Assembly: GCA_977018835.1 (NCBI GenBank)
Contig: OZ361260.1
Span: forward strand, 1,302,001-1,366,000
DNA length: 64,000 bases
From: Minutocellus sp. GHC0000111
Taxonomy: Eukaryota
Direction: 5' to 3'
The first letter of the stretch is position 1; each line of letters begins with the position of its first letter. Shown here in pieces: positions 37,701 to 52,700 of this stretch. The notes below the pieces were generated by a model, which did not search any database, was not told where the DNA came from, and saw nothing but the letters and a program-made list of their open reading frames with translations. A program made the position numbers and the translations under genes.

Positions 37701-40700
37701 TGAATTTTCGAACACATTGTCGATTTTTGATGGGATTGAGGTAGGAGGGCGCATCTTTCTTGATTTCAACTTTGGTGTTCGCGGAATACCCAAGGAAGAG
37801 TATAATTCGACGACATTTAGCGCCATCATTGATCCTTATTTCGCGATCAATGGCTTTGAGCTTGAGGCTTCTCTAAGAGGAGATGACATCAATATGACGT
37901 GAGTGGTACCTTTGTCGCACGTCAATGGGAATATTCTAAATAAATTATTTATGCAATGAACACTTCTCACTTTGTTATTTTCCTTCGACAATTTTTCTCA
38001 ATCTTCTTCTCTTTACGCACAGTCTCCCGGTATCAATTCAGAATCCTGGATCTACTTCTTCAAGAGAACTCCTCGAATTGAGTCTTCAGCAGGGCCTGAT
38101 ATCGATTGAATTTTCTGCGGTGCTTGACCAAGCGACAACTCCCGCCGAATTGCTCTCAGGGAATTCCAGCATGACCCTCTCCGGGGAAATGGATGTCTTC
38201 TTTCCAGTTGTGGCTGATGTCGCTGACGTTGAATTCGGCCTAGATCTCTTTATCCAGGACAATGATCTCTTTGACGACACCCCGATGTCTTTTGGATATG
38301 ATATTGACTCGTGTTCAGTTCGGAATGCCACGGAAGAATTGTTTGAGAGGCTAGCGGATGAAATCGAAGATCAAGTTAATGCTGTTCTTGGAGAGGGCGA
38401 CAATCTTCCCGTCAAAATCAACACTGACAAGCTTCTCGGTGGTCTAACAACGCCTCTTCGAAATCTTACGAATCAGATCAGGAGGAGCTTTTCGGATTGT
38501 GCTGAGTCTGAGGGTCGTAGACTCAGGCGGATCCTTGACTCGAATGTCACTACTGACGGTAACTTTACAGCCGTGTCTTTCGAAAAACGTGTCAGGATGG
38601 CGTTCGAATCGATAGACCAATCGCTCCGAGATATTGGCATTGTCATTGATCCAGTCATTACACCGAATTTCGATCAAACCAATTTTGGCCTTGGACTCAG
38701 CTTAAATCTTACCGTCACTGCCTCCAGGACTGCCGAGGAAATAAAGGCGCAACTCGGTGACTTTGAGAATGTTTTTGCGTCTGCCACAAATACATCCAGC
38801 GAAAATTCCAGCTCTCTCGACGCTCTTGCTGTCGAGGGAACAAACGAAACCTCAGTGGTTGACATCAATGTTGACGACCTCCTCAACAATACGGTTGTGT
38901 TTGCTAGCTTTGACATTGCATTCAAGATTGAAATCGAGCTGAAGGAGATGCAGAAGGTTCTGTCTGGTACATCATTCGATGATGCTATTGCCTCGGGAGT
39001 GGTGCTGACAATTACCGACTATGGCGCAAAAGCTGGCCTTGTAGTGGACCCCATCAACATTGAAGTTAACCTGGGCTCCAGCAGTCTCGCCGTGCGCGAT
39101 TCGTCCTTCGTTCTTTCGGCCCAATTGGATAAGGTGGAAGGCGCATGGCAGTACTCGGTCCAGAATCTTATCGAAAATGACTTCACGGCGGCAAAATTGG
39201 AGCCAGAGCCATTTCAGCTTTCACTCTTCTCAGAGATTGTCGTGGATGTTAATGTTTCCGACGTGCTGACGGTGTCTCCCATCATTGAGCTCTCTAGCAC
39301 CAACCTGATTGGAGGAGGTATTGACGTTGGGTTTGAGTAAGTCGTTTGATGTTGTCATTTTCCCGTTTCTCCAACTTACCTCGATAAATAAAGAAAAGGG
39401 GAATTATAAGGCCATAAGTCAATTCCTTTCCCCTTCCTGAATGTTTTTTCGACATCCTTCCTTATCCTTAACCTGATTACTGAATTTCTCATTATGTATC
39501 CACTCATCCTTTCCCCTTTCCTCGTGCATTTGGTTTGGTCCTTGATGTATTCCTTGAGGGTAACTACGATCTTCAGAGCATTTTTGGCGATTTGCAAGAC
39601 CTTCTCGAAAACGTCACTGCTTATGCTCCGGAAGTGACTTTGGGTGCCAACTCGACACAAGTAAGCGGGATATTTGGCGTCATTTCGGATTTGAGTCAGT
39701 TTTCCAGTGCCTTGGTCGAATTTCTTGAGATCGTAGACCTGATCGAAGCGGAGATCGACCCGGAACTCATGGCTGTGCTAAGACACGCTAGTGTCTTGTC
39801 ACCTTCTGAACTAGGCTGTCAGCAGCTTTCCAGTACATTTGCAGAGTACACTGAAACACTTCTTGGTACTAGCAATGTCAGTAACCCGTGCGACTTACTC
39901 CCGGAAATCAAGCAGAAGCTCAATTATTCAGCAGATCTTCTTGACCAAGACAATGTTACTCTGCAGAATCTTGTAGAATTTTCTGGGGAGTTGCAAAGCA
40001 AAATCAATGTTTTCCTTGGCTGTGAAACCGATGACATCGAGAAAATTGTGAAAATGTTTGGTATGAAGAGTGCCCGCAGACTAATGGATGCAATCAAGGA
40101 CTATCTCCTTGAGGACCCGGCTGGAAACGACAGAAGAAGATTGTCTAGCTCTTTTGGCCAGACGAGAGATGATTCCTACACACAGAGAAGCATGGGTGTT
40201 ATGCGCGAAGTACGCCGAACTTTGCGAGAGTATGGCTCACCTGTGCAATACAATCACCGAAGGCTTCTCGATAATAAGGACGATCCTCTTCTTTCTCTCA
40301 CTGTGAATGATTTCTTGCGATTATCTTTTGATGTTAATTTCGGCGGAGGCGCCAAGGCATTGCTCTTCTCCGTCGATTTCGATTTCGATGTTGATCCCAA
40401 CAAGTAAGTCTTTCTCATTTATTTTATTGCTTGTTGAATATTAGATGTGGGCATCCATCCTATATGTGTGCGGTGAAACACTTATTTCTCAACCACTGTC
40501 TCTATAATTTCAACAACAAATGTGTAGAATGGGAGCAAGTATCGAAGAGGTTTTTGAGGATTTCATAAGGGATACGATGGGAGGGAACAGCGAGCTTGAC
40601 TTTTCAAGTGATACCGACGCATTCAGTTTTTCGGAACAGGCCGTCATCCTCGCCAATAGTTTGGTAAATAGTATTTATGTCGATGCAAGCGCCGGGTGAG

Positions 40701-43700
40701 TTCGTACCCGCAAGACTCTGGATGACCTTCCTTGTCTCTGGTAAAGTGGTGCTTCTTCTAATGACCTCTTCAACGTTTTTGTATTTCTCAAACTCAAATA
40801 TCCAGGCTCTCCGCTACCTTTGGCATGGATCTCGCGAAAGTGTTTGACAGCAATAGCGACCGTCTTCCTGAAGTTATTCTACGTCTGGATCGCGTAGACG
40901 TCGCTGGAAGATTTGGTCTGAACGAGTGGAGCGCTGAAGTGCTGGTGGGCGACGCTCCTACTCGGATAGACTTTGGTATCGCGGAGGGAAAGGCGCTGAT
41001 TGATCTTGGTGCCAATATTACTGGTGATCATGACTCCATCGTGCTGGCCAGCGCTTCAGATTTTACAAATTTGTTCAATTCGTCAAGATCTACCTACATC
41101 GATCTTACAGCGGGAGTCGACATCGATTTCCCTATCTTCGTCACTATTGGTGCTGTCGGCTTTTCTGCGCGAGTTGGATACGTTGACGATGACATCCTTG
41201 ACGATGCCAATACCAATATTACTTTCGCCTCAGACATTCTATTTAATCTCACTGCTATCAGAGAGGCAGCACACGAATTGGCAATAGTTTCGGAGAGTCT
41301 TGATGTCGAGGCCCTACGGGAGCCTTTGCCACTTATTGACAGATCTCTCAACGAACTTATTGCTGGCAAGGGACGAAAAATTAGCGGTCTTCTTAATCTT
41401 ACTGACTGGGCCAATATCCTGGGTAGCACGACTCTCAATAACACCAGCCCGGGGAGTCCAGCTGATACAAGCAGTACAGGTCCTGGAGGTGGTCTCATAA
41501 CCAAAACAGAGTTATTGAAAGAGGTACGGAAAGCTGTGCAGGGAACCTTTGGTGATGTGGATCCTAGTGATGTGAATCTCACAGACATACCTACACTTCC
41601 AGATGTAAGAAGCTTTCAACCAGAGAATAGCATCGTTTTCGCTACTGCCATTGGCCATTCCCCCGGTGGATTTTGCAATGGAACCGACAAGGCTATCTCT
41701 GTTTCCATCGACGGAAATGAGGACAATTTCACCATAATCATTTGTTCATTACTTGGATTCGATGATGAAAAAATTTGGATCCTTCAGCTTTATTCGATCT
41801 AAATGATTTTCCCATTGAGCTTGAAATTGAAGGTAGTGCCGCTATAGAGTGCTCTCTTACATTTGGAACAAAGATCCAGGTTAATAAGGTGACCGATGGT
41901 TATGAAGTGGATGTAGATTTTGAGCCCATCAATGTAAGGATCGCGCTTGGGGCTGACCCAAAAATATTTCTTGGCCTCGGTGTTGTCGACTTCCAATCAC
42001 GGGTAAATGCATTGTTGGAAGGAGAATTTGGGATTTCGTATTGCTCGGGGGGTCAGAATTGTGCGGGAAGTTCCTATGGGCAGCTTAGCAATTCCTCCTT
42101 CTACCTCAAAAGAGATGTAGGATACCAAATGAATGGCGATGTCACGTTGAAAACTGATTTAGACGGACTTAACCTTGGAGATGGACTTGAGCTTGAAATC
42201 AGTGACATCGACGTCTTCGATGATATTGCGCCTGAAGTTCTTATTCCATCCCTCGATGATTTCCAAGATCTAATAAAGTTCTCTCCTGCAAACGCAATCA
42301 GTCTCCTACGTCTCATAGACAGTGCGCTCGCCGAGGCAGCTCAAAACGATGCCTTTCAGACACAAGTCCCGCTCATGGACAAGGCAACTTTTAGCGATAT
42401 CCTGTCGGTCGGTAAGAGCTTTACCGCTTCGCTTTATGAGTTCTTTGTTCAAGCGGAGCCCTTTGGCGAGCGTGGCGTCAAGTCATTGACGCTGAGCACA
42501 GAGAACGGACTTTCCACGTACACCAGTGGAAAGGGCTTACTGAATTGTGGCGAAAATGGGACTGACCCTTGTCTGTTTGAGTTGTATCTTCTCAATGGTG
42601 AGCTTACTGTAAATCCTGATACTACAGAGGCCAATATCAACAATCTCCGGGACATCTCAACGCGCTGTCCCTTGAATCTAACCAACACGCTTGGGTCTTA
42701 TGTGGAGAATCTTCGGGCTGAAATAAATAACAACAGCTGTAATATCACTGCCTGCAGTAAGAACGAGTGCGCCGGTTCTTACGAGGAAGATGGTGGCTCC
42801 AATTTTTATTGTTCGAATGATTGCGACATTATAATTGATTTGGATCCCGACAATGATGATGAACAAGATGACGAGGTGTTGTTTCTCACCACAGTCCCCT
42901 ATCGCAACGCCAACAAGACGGTCATCAATGACATTCAGTTGATGGGAATATACCACAAAAATCTGTCCGATGTGAAAGGCAAAACCAAAATTATGGGTCT
43001 CCCTATCAATAGCCCCGTCCTTCCTGCCATTGTACCTAGATTTAGAACCTTACCAGATTTGGCGGAGAAGATGAGTCAGGTTCTGTCCGACGTGACCAAT
43101 CTTGACGTACAAATCACAGCTTCGTATGAGTCTGCTTCAGAGTCAGAATCTGTTGTAGGAAGCTTCCTCATAGGTGTGGAATTTGGCAAGGGTATTGGGC
43201 TCAACCTTGGTCAAGGGACCCTATAGAGCAGAATCTAGCCCTTGGTGATCTTGCAAGTATTGGAGTATCGGAATCACAACTAACTATCGGTGGTGAGGCC
43301 AGTTTTTATACTGAATTTGGAGTCATCCTCGAAGCTCCGAGCGAGAAGGGTCTTATCATGATAGGAAATGCATGCAACGGGACAGCTGGCTTCAACTGTT
43401 CTTTCACGCCCTTCGATTTTGTACTCGAGTGGACCGAGGACGGCAACAACAAGGTAAGGAACCTGGTGGCGAGAATTCTTTCCTTTATTTCTGTCTCCTC
43501 TTGAAAGTTTCTCACACCACTTTCCCCCTTGATTTCTGCTATCAATATCACTATTGTTACTATTATCCGTTCGTCTATTCGTGATCAGACTGAAACTTTT
43601 ACCACGGCCAGCTCCAACAATTCCATTTCGTGCCTCCAAAATGCGAATGGGGGAGGAAACATTCTATTCGGCGAGCTAATATCGTCCATTCAGGAAAAGG

Positions 43701-46700
43701 GTACCTCAACGCTTGTCATTGAATTCATTGAAACCATTAGCAAAATAGCAATTTTCACCGAGAAGATATGCGTAGCCGAAGACGATAACAGCAAATCGCC
43801 CAGCACAACCAGTGCCAACCTCACATGCCCTACCGGTGAGAAGCCGAAGCCAGATCCGGATGCCTTCACCTACAATGACTTCGGAATATATGATGATGCA
43901 CAGGAGAAGCAGGGATTTTACTTTGCAGTTGGACCTACCATCATCAGTGGTGGTTTTGGGGTGGGAGGCAGAGCAGAGGTTACTGCAAATGTGGGAGACG
44001 TCATCGAAGCCACGGCCTCTCTTCAGGCGTCCCTAACGGGAGATCTTTTTCTTTCACTCAACGAATTTGGCGGCTACCTTCGTAAGTGATATTTATTTGC
44101 TTGCTTGCATGACTTTTTGGTTTTACAGCTAGAATTTACGCCAGCGGCTTGCTCATTACACGTTGACACCCTCTTTGCACATTCCATCTTCACGGACTCA
44201 GCGTTTAACGACTGGATTAGCAGTCTGAAAAACTTAAAAACAAAAAACGACACAAATTTTATCCGGGCCGGATTTACGCTTGATGGTTCCTTTGAAATTG
44301 AGGGGGAAGTAACGGAGCCATTCTCTGTATCGCTTCCATCCACGAAGGGATCACTCGATGAGCCATTCGTGCTTGACCTGGTCCACTTACGGGAAGAAAA
44401 CGCAGATCTACCAAAGCCAAGCATTTCTCTTGATCTTGACATACCAGATATTGGAGATCTTAGGAATCTTTCTTTTGGCGATATAGTGAGAATTCTCAAG
44501 ACAGCGCTTGAGTTTTTGGTAGGACCCACTGGAGATGTGGATTCTCAAGAGGCTGTGGAATCATGCTCGGATGGTCTCTTGAAGGAAGATATATTTTCAT
44601 ATCGTATTCCTGTTCTTGGTTTCAGTGCCTGTCAGAAAGCAATTTTCCTCAAGACCCTAGTTGATGCAGTAGACCAGCTGGTCGAAGAATGTAATTGCGA
44701 CGACAAAAATGGAGATGAAGACGTCAACGCAACATCGACCACGTCTACCGGAACTTTCTCCGTGCTTGAGGAAAAGCTCGAGCAGTATCTGAATGCCGGA
44801 GGAATAGGAACGAGCAACGTGGGCATTGTAAATCGGAATAATGATGATCGTTCTCAGCTTGACCTGGACATTGCAATGGCTTTTACATTTGCTGAAGCCC
44901 AAGAACTTGGACTAGATTTGGTAGCATTATTTGAGGGACAGGTTCTCGATGAACAGACAGAAAAGTTCCGAAAGAGTTTCGTCGGCAGAGCTTTTGTAGA
45001 CATGGAAGGATCTGTGGAGGTCAGGCTTGGAGTGGGATTTGAATACGATAAGAAGACCAAAGAAAAGAGAGGGTACATCAAAGGCCTCACTGGTCTCGTG
45101 ATTCGCTTTGCGGCTGAGTCAACTCTGGACTTCGTCGCCAACGTTGGACCGTTCGGGGCAACCGTGGTCGGTAATTTTGCCGTTGAAGGTCCGACAGGTG
45201 ACCTTTCTATCAAGCTTGGGTTGGATGAAAATTACAACTACTACCTCACGAATCAGGAATCATTGGTAAGGGGGTCAGAAGGCCCTGTTTGTGCTCCTGA
45301 CGATCCATGTTACACTGTCGTCGATGGATTGGGTAATTTGACGAATGAAGTTGGCTCCGACATATCTGGCCAAGTCCATGCTACCATTGAAGCCGATCTC
45401 TCTGGAATTATTCCGGGGCGCATCTTTGTACAGTTCGATCTGAAAGACATTAACCTTGCTTTGGAGGGAAACCCAAGCGCCTACTCTGTGATATTTACGG
45501 CTGAATTCGACCTTGGCCTCTTCGATCAGACATCTCTCATCACAATTTTACTAGAAGAACCTCAGGGAATTGTTGACGCTATTGATGATATATTGGAAAG
45601 TGCAGAAAAGGCAACGCTCGGTTTTGGGGGTGCACTTTCTAGGACTGAAATACCTTATCTGAAGAACAGAGTTGCTGTTGCGATGGGTCCTGGTACTTCT
45701 GGCAATTTTCTCAGTGATGCTCGCTTCCAGCTATCTGGAACTCTCCAGGTGAGTATTGGACTTTCGAATTGTCTGGCCTATTATATCCAATCGCATTATT
45801 ATTATTATTATTATTGAAATGATTTCTGTTCATGATTCATTCTTACACTTTTTCTTGCCCCCCATATCTTCTTACAGGAACGTCCCGATGGGTATGAAGA
45901 CCAGGGCGGTGCACAAACCGTTGCAGATGTTGTTGGATTCGAGATAGAAAATCTTCTTGAAAGATTGACAATTCTTAACCCAACAGAAAAGGTGGATGTC
46001 TCTTACTTCACGAAAAATGGTACCGACATATTTTACACCGGCACCGACGAAGACAAGAAGGATGTCGCATCAATACGCTGGATCGTTCCATTCGGCCAGG
46101 AACTCGTGTTTAATCTCCCTAATCTGACATTTGAGCTCGAGGGTGATGCATTGCCCCTGCAACTTTCTATGGAGGATATCACCCCGCAGCTCAGGGTCAA
46201 TTGGTGCTTCAATCTTGCGTTTGGATTTGATGAAGATGATGGTGAGTGACATGTAACCCCCCAAGCGTACCTAGGTATTGACCTATACTAGGCATACTCA
46301 ATCAGCATGGATCAAAAGCTCACCTAGTTCTCGTCATTTTTCAATCTCCTCGCTGGCTTTGACCATCCGTATTCTTCGCTTACTTTCTCCTCCTCGACAG
46401 GATTCTTCTTGGACACCAACCCTTTCGATGGGGAGCCTGAATTTGGTGTTACCGCTCGATTAGACGTAGACAATGTCGACATCTCGGCAAAATTGCTATA
46501 TTTCTTGGGCGTCAATCTGACAGATGTGGATCTCGCCGTCGGGGCAGGCATCTTCATCGACATAACGTCGCCAACATCTGATCGATTGACCATGCAAGAT
46601 TTCAAGAGGATCACCCCCAAGAGCTCTCTATTTCAGACCACTGCAGAGGCCGCCGCTATTCTCAAAGCGGACATCGACCTTGAAATGCTTGTCCCGGGCC

Positions 46701-49700
46701 TTTTGCCTGAGGAGGTGAAGAAGGTTTTCGAAGATGTTAGGCCCTGGATTCCCACACTCCATGGCAAAATCGACGCTCACGTTCGAGAAGGAGTATCAAC
46801 CTCAAGGAGGCGCCGTTTAGGACTAGAGAAAACAGGGAGGAGACTTTTGAGGGAGGCATGGTCCCATGAAGATCCATCTCTGAGCGGTAGCCTTCGCTTG
46901 GTCAGATCTCTTGCCGGCACTGAAGATATCCCTACCGACACCGATTGCAACGTCAATGTAACCAACGACGAGTTTGCTTGTGTTAAAGTCAATGAATTGG
47001 AACTTGACATGGCCAAGATCATAGATTTCGTGGAACCAATTCTCAAGAAGCTTGTCAAGGTCGATGAGAGTGATCCTGATTGCTACTTTGACAAGGTCGG
47101 CGAACCTCTTCTGGAACTTGACGAGCCTCTTCCTGGGATATCAGACATTGCGAACAAGAAATTATCGGCTCTTGATGTTGCAGAGATCTACGTCGGAGAA
47201 GAAAAGTCTGGCGCCGACACCGTCCGCAAAGTAATCAAGATTTACGAGTCCATAAAAGATTCGGCCGAACAATTTAATGACACCGAGCCCCTCAGACTAG
47301 CCGACTCGTGTACTTTCCGATCTGGTACAACGTTCAGTGTGCAAGATCATTGCTCAGGCGGACTCATCGGGTCAAATAGGCGTTTGAGTTTCGAGGAGGA
47401 GATGGGGTTCCATATCTTTCCGATGCTTGACGCAGCTGGACTTCCAATGAGCCCGAATGAACGTTACCTACAAACTGCCGACTGCTCTACTACAAAGTGC
47501 GCCAAAGAATGTCAATGTTCGGAAACTACTAATAACGCAAAGTGCAAAGCCTTGGTGCTCAAATGCAGAGCAACGACCACCGAGGGGCTCTCGTTCCCCA
47601 TTTTGGAAGATCCCACCTCCGCCATTGGGCTTCTTGCTGGCCAAGATGTCATCCTTGTGGACTTTTCTCCTCCACCCGTCACATTTGCCTTCGAGTACGA
47701 TCTTTCATTTGTCATCTACACACCTCCAACGGTCGAGCTTGGGATATTCTTTGAAGTCTCAGTCACGGTTCAGTTTGGTGTGGTACTAGACACAAAAGGC
47801 ATCAGGGAAGCAGTCCAAGAAGGAAAGCCGGAAAAAGCTCTCAGTAGTTTTGCTTTGAAGGATACCTTCGATGGTCCTGACTTACCTCTCATCAAAATAG
47901 AAGCAACCGTTGGCTTCGATGTTGCGGTCAGTGCCGCCATTGTTCGAGTCGGAGTTTCAGGATCGATTTCCTTTATTGTAACAATTGATTTCTACGATCC
48001 ATTTCCCGAAACAAGTGGGGGTCTAATTCGTCCATACGAGATGCTAGTATTGGGGACAAATCCGCTGGATTTGTTCGAATTGGAACTTCAGATCAACATT
48101 GCTCTGTCTTTTTACGTTCAAGTCGGACTGTATCTGGGTTTTGTCAAGATTACCGTCTTTGAAATACGAAAGGAAATCAACTTTGCCATTTTTGACCCCC
48201 CGCTGCTCGTACAGCCACAGCCCTAACTCTGGATGTGAAGTCTGGAGTTTTAGAATTGATTACAGACGGAGAGACTGTATGCAAGAGTATGGAAGGCGAA
48301 GTTGGTAACGAAGTAATACAATGCTGGAAGGACACAGAGACAAATCCTATCATTCCTATCATTCGGACGTACGAAGGGGTAAAGCGTATTGGCGATGCAC
48401 CAACGAGTGTGATCAGTTCTCCCGGTGCAAGGAGGGCTCTCAGCGGAGCTGGCGTATCAAATAGAACGTTCGAATGTATCAAATCACCGGTGAACGCTGG
48501 AGATGTTGGCACTCTTGCCCTGAGCTACGCTGAATGTTCTGGCTACTCGGTTGGAGATGTTGTCATTCACAACGGGCATGTTCTATTTGGTCCTGGAGAG
48601 GTCGCTTATTCATCCTTGACAACAAATGGCTTGATCCGATATCCAAGTATAGATGCAGCCGGAATCATTACAACAGTCGGTGGAGACTGCAATGATTTTT
48701 GGGATCTCGAAGGTCATACGAATCTTGTTATCAATGCCTATGAGATACAGCAGGGATGCCAAATCTCTGCCTCGGGTGGAACAACCAACGCCAAACTTGT
48801 TATTGATCTTGGCTACGAGAGCCTGACATCTTGCGAGGATGGCAACAAGGTTCGAGTTTTTAAGGAGGATTCTGTTGATGGTGGTATGAACGTTGAAATT
48901 TTACGTTGGGATTGGACAGATGTTGTGACGATATTGGCTGGCCCTCTCTTTACCGACATTGCGGTGAAGGGGTCCTTATGCAGTGACACAATTTCAATTC
49001 TCAGCACACAAGATGATACAAGATCGATTGAAGTATACGGTGGCGAGGGCGCGGACACCGTTGTGATTGGTTCTGAAAGTTATGGTGTCGATGAGATTGA
49101 GCCAACTCTATCACTTTATGGCGGGGGGTCTAGTTCTGGCGATACTCTTCGCATCAATGACTCTGCTTCATCACAGAACAAGGACATTACCCTGCGATCC
49201 ACTTTCATCCAAGATATGCTGGACAATGCCAACTCAACTATCAACTACAGAGGTTTTGAAACCATAGATATTTGGCTCAGTGGAGGTCAAAATCGCTTCA
49301 CAGTTGTGTCGACTGCTGTGGATTCCTCGACGTACATACAAGCGCAATATCAGAATGACACCATTATTGTCCAAGAGACTCAGGGCTATCTGCAACTTCA
49401 TGGTGGAGGGGGAGACGACGAAATTTCCATATACGGTCTCGGTGAAGGAACAGAAGCTGTTGTATACGGAGATGGTGGAGATGATCTTCTCTTCGTCGAT
49501 GGAAGGGGCGATCCTAACAATACAAACGCCACCGATCCTGTGAATACTCTGGACGGATCAAGGCTGCGGTGGAATGGTGGCAGTGGAAACGACACACTAA
49601 CGCATCATTTCACATCTGCTGGCACATCAGATTTGGACATATTTGATGACGACATGGATTCAAATCTTGTCTTTGTGGAATGCTCGGGTTTCGACTCAAG

Positions 49701-52700
49701 AATCCTTAGTCGGCGAACCTTCCTGGCAAATCTAGGTGGTGAGGGCGAAGGCGCATACCTGGAGCGCTTAAATGTTGACATCGCTACTGCATCTATCACC
49801 TCCCTCCTCATCTCCCTGAACGAAGGAGAAAATTTTGTTTACTTTGACGACAATGTTGCGACAACGGTAAGTTTATTTTTGACGAAGCGAGGCTTCTTAC
49901 ATTCAAGGAGTTGTGTGTACATAGGTAGGAATGCTTACTGAACCTATTGTCACTGCTCTTTTTCTTGCAATTTCCAAAAAAACTACAGCAAGTGGACGGT
50001 GGACCCAACACGGACGAATTCAGATTTGGCCAGATGTTTAATTCAGAAAGAAGCAATGAAACGTCCGGGGTTTCTACTGAGGACTTCATTGAGACAACGT
50101 TGACAACAAAGGGTTATCTTTCGGATGCCTGTTCTCATCCGGTTACTGTCAATGGCGGTGGAGGTAATGATTTCTTCGACGTCTTACGCAACAAATGCTT
50201 CCTTGATCTCAATGGCATGTCAGGAGACGATGGATTTGTTGTCCGATCTTTCATTGCCGCAGTTGCTGATGACGGAAGACTCATTGATCCTGAGCTCGGG
50301 AGAGTTAAAGTTGCCGGTGGAGATGACACAGATACGGTTGAAATATCCGGCGATTCGTCGCAGAATTTGACGGAATTCTTCTCACTGAGAGAAGAGGTAG
50401 ATCCTGACTACCTTGTAAACTCTCTGGTCGACGTCGACGGCGGCACAGGAACCGATAGTCTTCTTGTGGTGGGAACCGAGGCAGATGATTCCTATGTTGT
50501 CCAGGATGGCAAGAAATTTGGTGGCGGCTTAACGATCAAGTACAGAAACATTGAAACTCTTGACGTGACAGGAGAAGAAGGCAACGACCTCATATCTGTC
50601 TTGTCGACCAGCCCAGACATAGCTTTGAGCATATACGGGTCAAAGGGATCGGATCGATTTGAAATAACGCCGAGAAATGTAGCTCCGGTAACGTCGAAAA
50701 ATCTCCGTGGACACAGGGGCATTATCGAGCATACAATTTCGGCCTCGGACGACCCTGAGTATGATGGTCTAAGGATTCGTGGAGTTGCCGTGGATATTCT
50801 CGACAATGACGGGGACTACGGATACGTCAGCGTTGTGGACCAGGAAAAGATTCATCTCATGTCAGAAATCATGTCAGAAGATGATAAGATCATGGGACTT
50901 GAGATCGGGACATTTTCGTTCGACATATTCCCGACACGGAGGCCGCAAGATGATGTATACGTCAACGTTGTTGCACCCTTTGCACCAAATAAAGAAACTT
51001 ATCTGTTCCAAAATGGGAAAATGACGGAGATTCTCTTGTTTGAGGCTGGAAATATGACTCCTCAGACAGTGACAGTTTCGTATAACCCTCTGTCAGAAAA
51101 GCTCGATCTTACAGAGATCGACTTGGCCTTGAAAATTAACATTGATGTCGACGGTGGTAAGACCAGGGACCCCAGATTCAACACAACCGAACAAACTCTC
51201 CTTCCTGTAGACATTAGGCTCATTCCATCAATGGATAACGATGCAGGAGCCATGTCTGTCACGGTGCATGAAAAGGGAGGCAGCACTGCTGTTGCAGAAG
51301 GTGGCGTTCATGGGTTTACAGACAGCTATGACATTTACCTCCGCCCATGTGGTAATGACGCTGCTTTGAAGGAAGATGTGATGATTGTCATTGAAGAGTC
51401 TGTTACGTCTCAAGTGAAAGTAAGTCCACCTACTTTGGTTGGATCCGACTTTAACGTTGCTTCAGGTTGCAAGGCGACCATCACGGTCTCCGCTCACAAC
51501 GACGGGCTACAGGAAGGTGATCACTTTGTGACGCTTCGACATGTGGTGAAGAATATTACTTCGGACGAACAATTTATTTTGTCCGACGGAACTCCTCTTC
51601 TCGCTGCCAATGTTTTTGTGCACATCTTCGACGATGACATCGCAGGCGTTGTCGTCAGGGAGACGAATGGAATCACGGCCACCGCCGAGATTCACCCAGA
51701 CGATCTTCCCATTGTCCAGTACAAGCCAGACCTATACCAAGACCAGTATAGCCTTCGACTTACAAAAGAACCAGTCGGTGATGTTACAATCTCTGTGGAA
51801 AGCATGATCGCTGCCAGTGATCGAGAAGGATACTTCACACCCGAAGGAAGGGACACCACGAAAAGAAACCAGCTCTTTCTCAACGCGGAGGGGACAATAG
51901 TTGAAACGCTGACTTTCACCGCTACAAATTGGTCGTCTTATCAAAATATCACAGTGATGGCATTTGACGACAATGTGACAGAGGGTGTTGACTTTTTGAA
52001 TTTTGCTTCTCAGCCTGCCTGTCTTGCTCTTCTCCAAGGACCAATCACTATCTCAGGTGGCACATCGCCTGAGATTCCAGACATCGGAATTCCCCTCATC
52101 CTACCGACTGAAAGCAACCCCGAAGTTTTCAGCCCACCGCCTAATGTCACAATAGATGATTCATCGACATATGCCATTGAAGAAAACCAAGTTGACTCAC
52201 TGGTCATCTTCAACTGGGATGTTAGAGGAGATAACCCCTCCAATGGCACCTTGATTGCAGATCAGTTTACGGGAATGGGCATGAGCCAAAATATTTTCGT
52301 TGGAGGTATTCGGCAGAAAGATGGCATCTTTTTTGCTGGCATGGAGATCGTAGAATTCCATCTTGGCAATGGAATTGACAACATTGTTGTGGAGGAGACA
52401 TCTTCCGCTATACACATTATGGATCTAGGCGGTGGAGATGACAATGTCCAAGTCCAGCAGATTTCGGGGCCTTTCATCATCCAGGGTGGTCCTGGTGATG
52501 ACAATGTCTTTGTCTCTTCCAATTCTTCTAAACTTGACGAGATTCGTGCGCTTTTGGCCTTCGACGGGGGCTCAGACGACGACGGTGACGCTTTGACTCT
52601 AGACAACACCGCAGACACCGAAGTCGATGATGTCCTCGATCTCACACGTCTTCTTATCGAGGTGGAGAGCATGAGTCCCTTTCCCGCCACCAACACTTCT

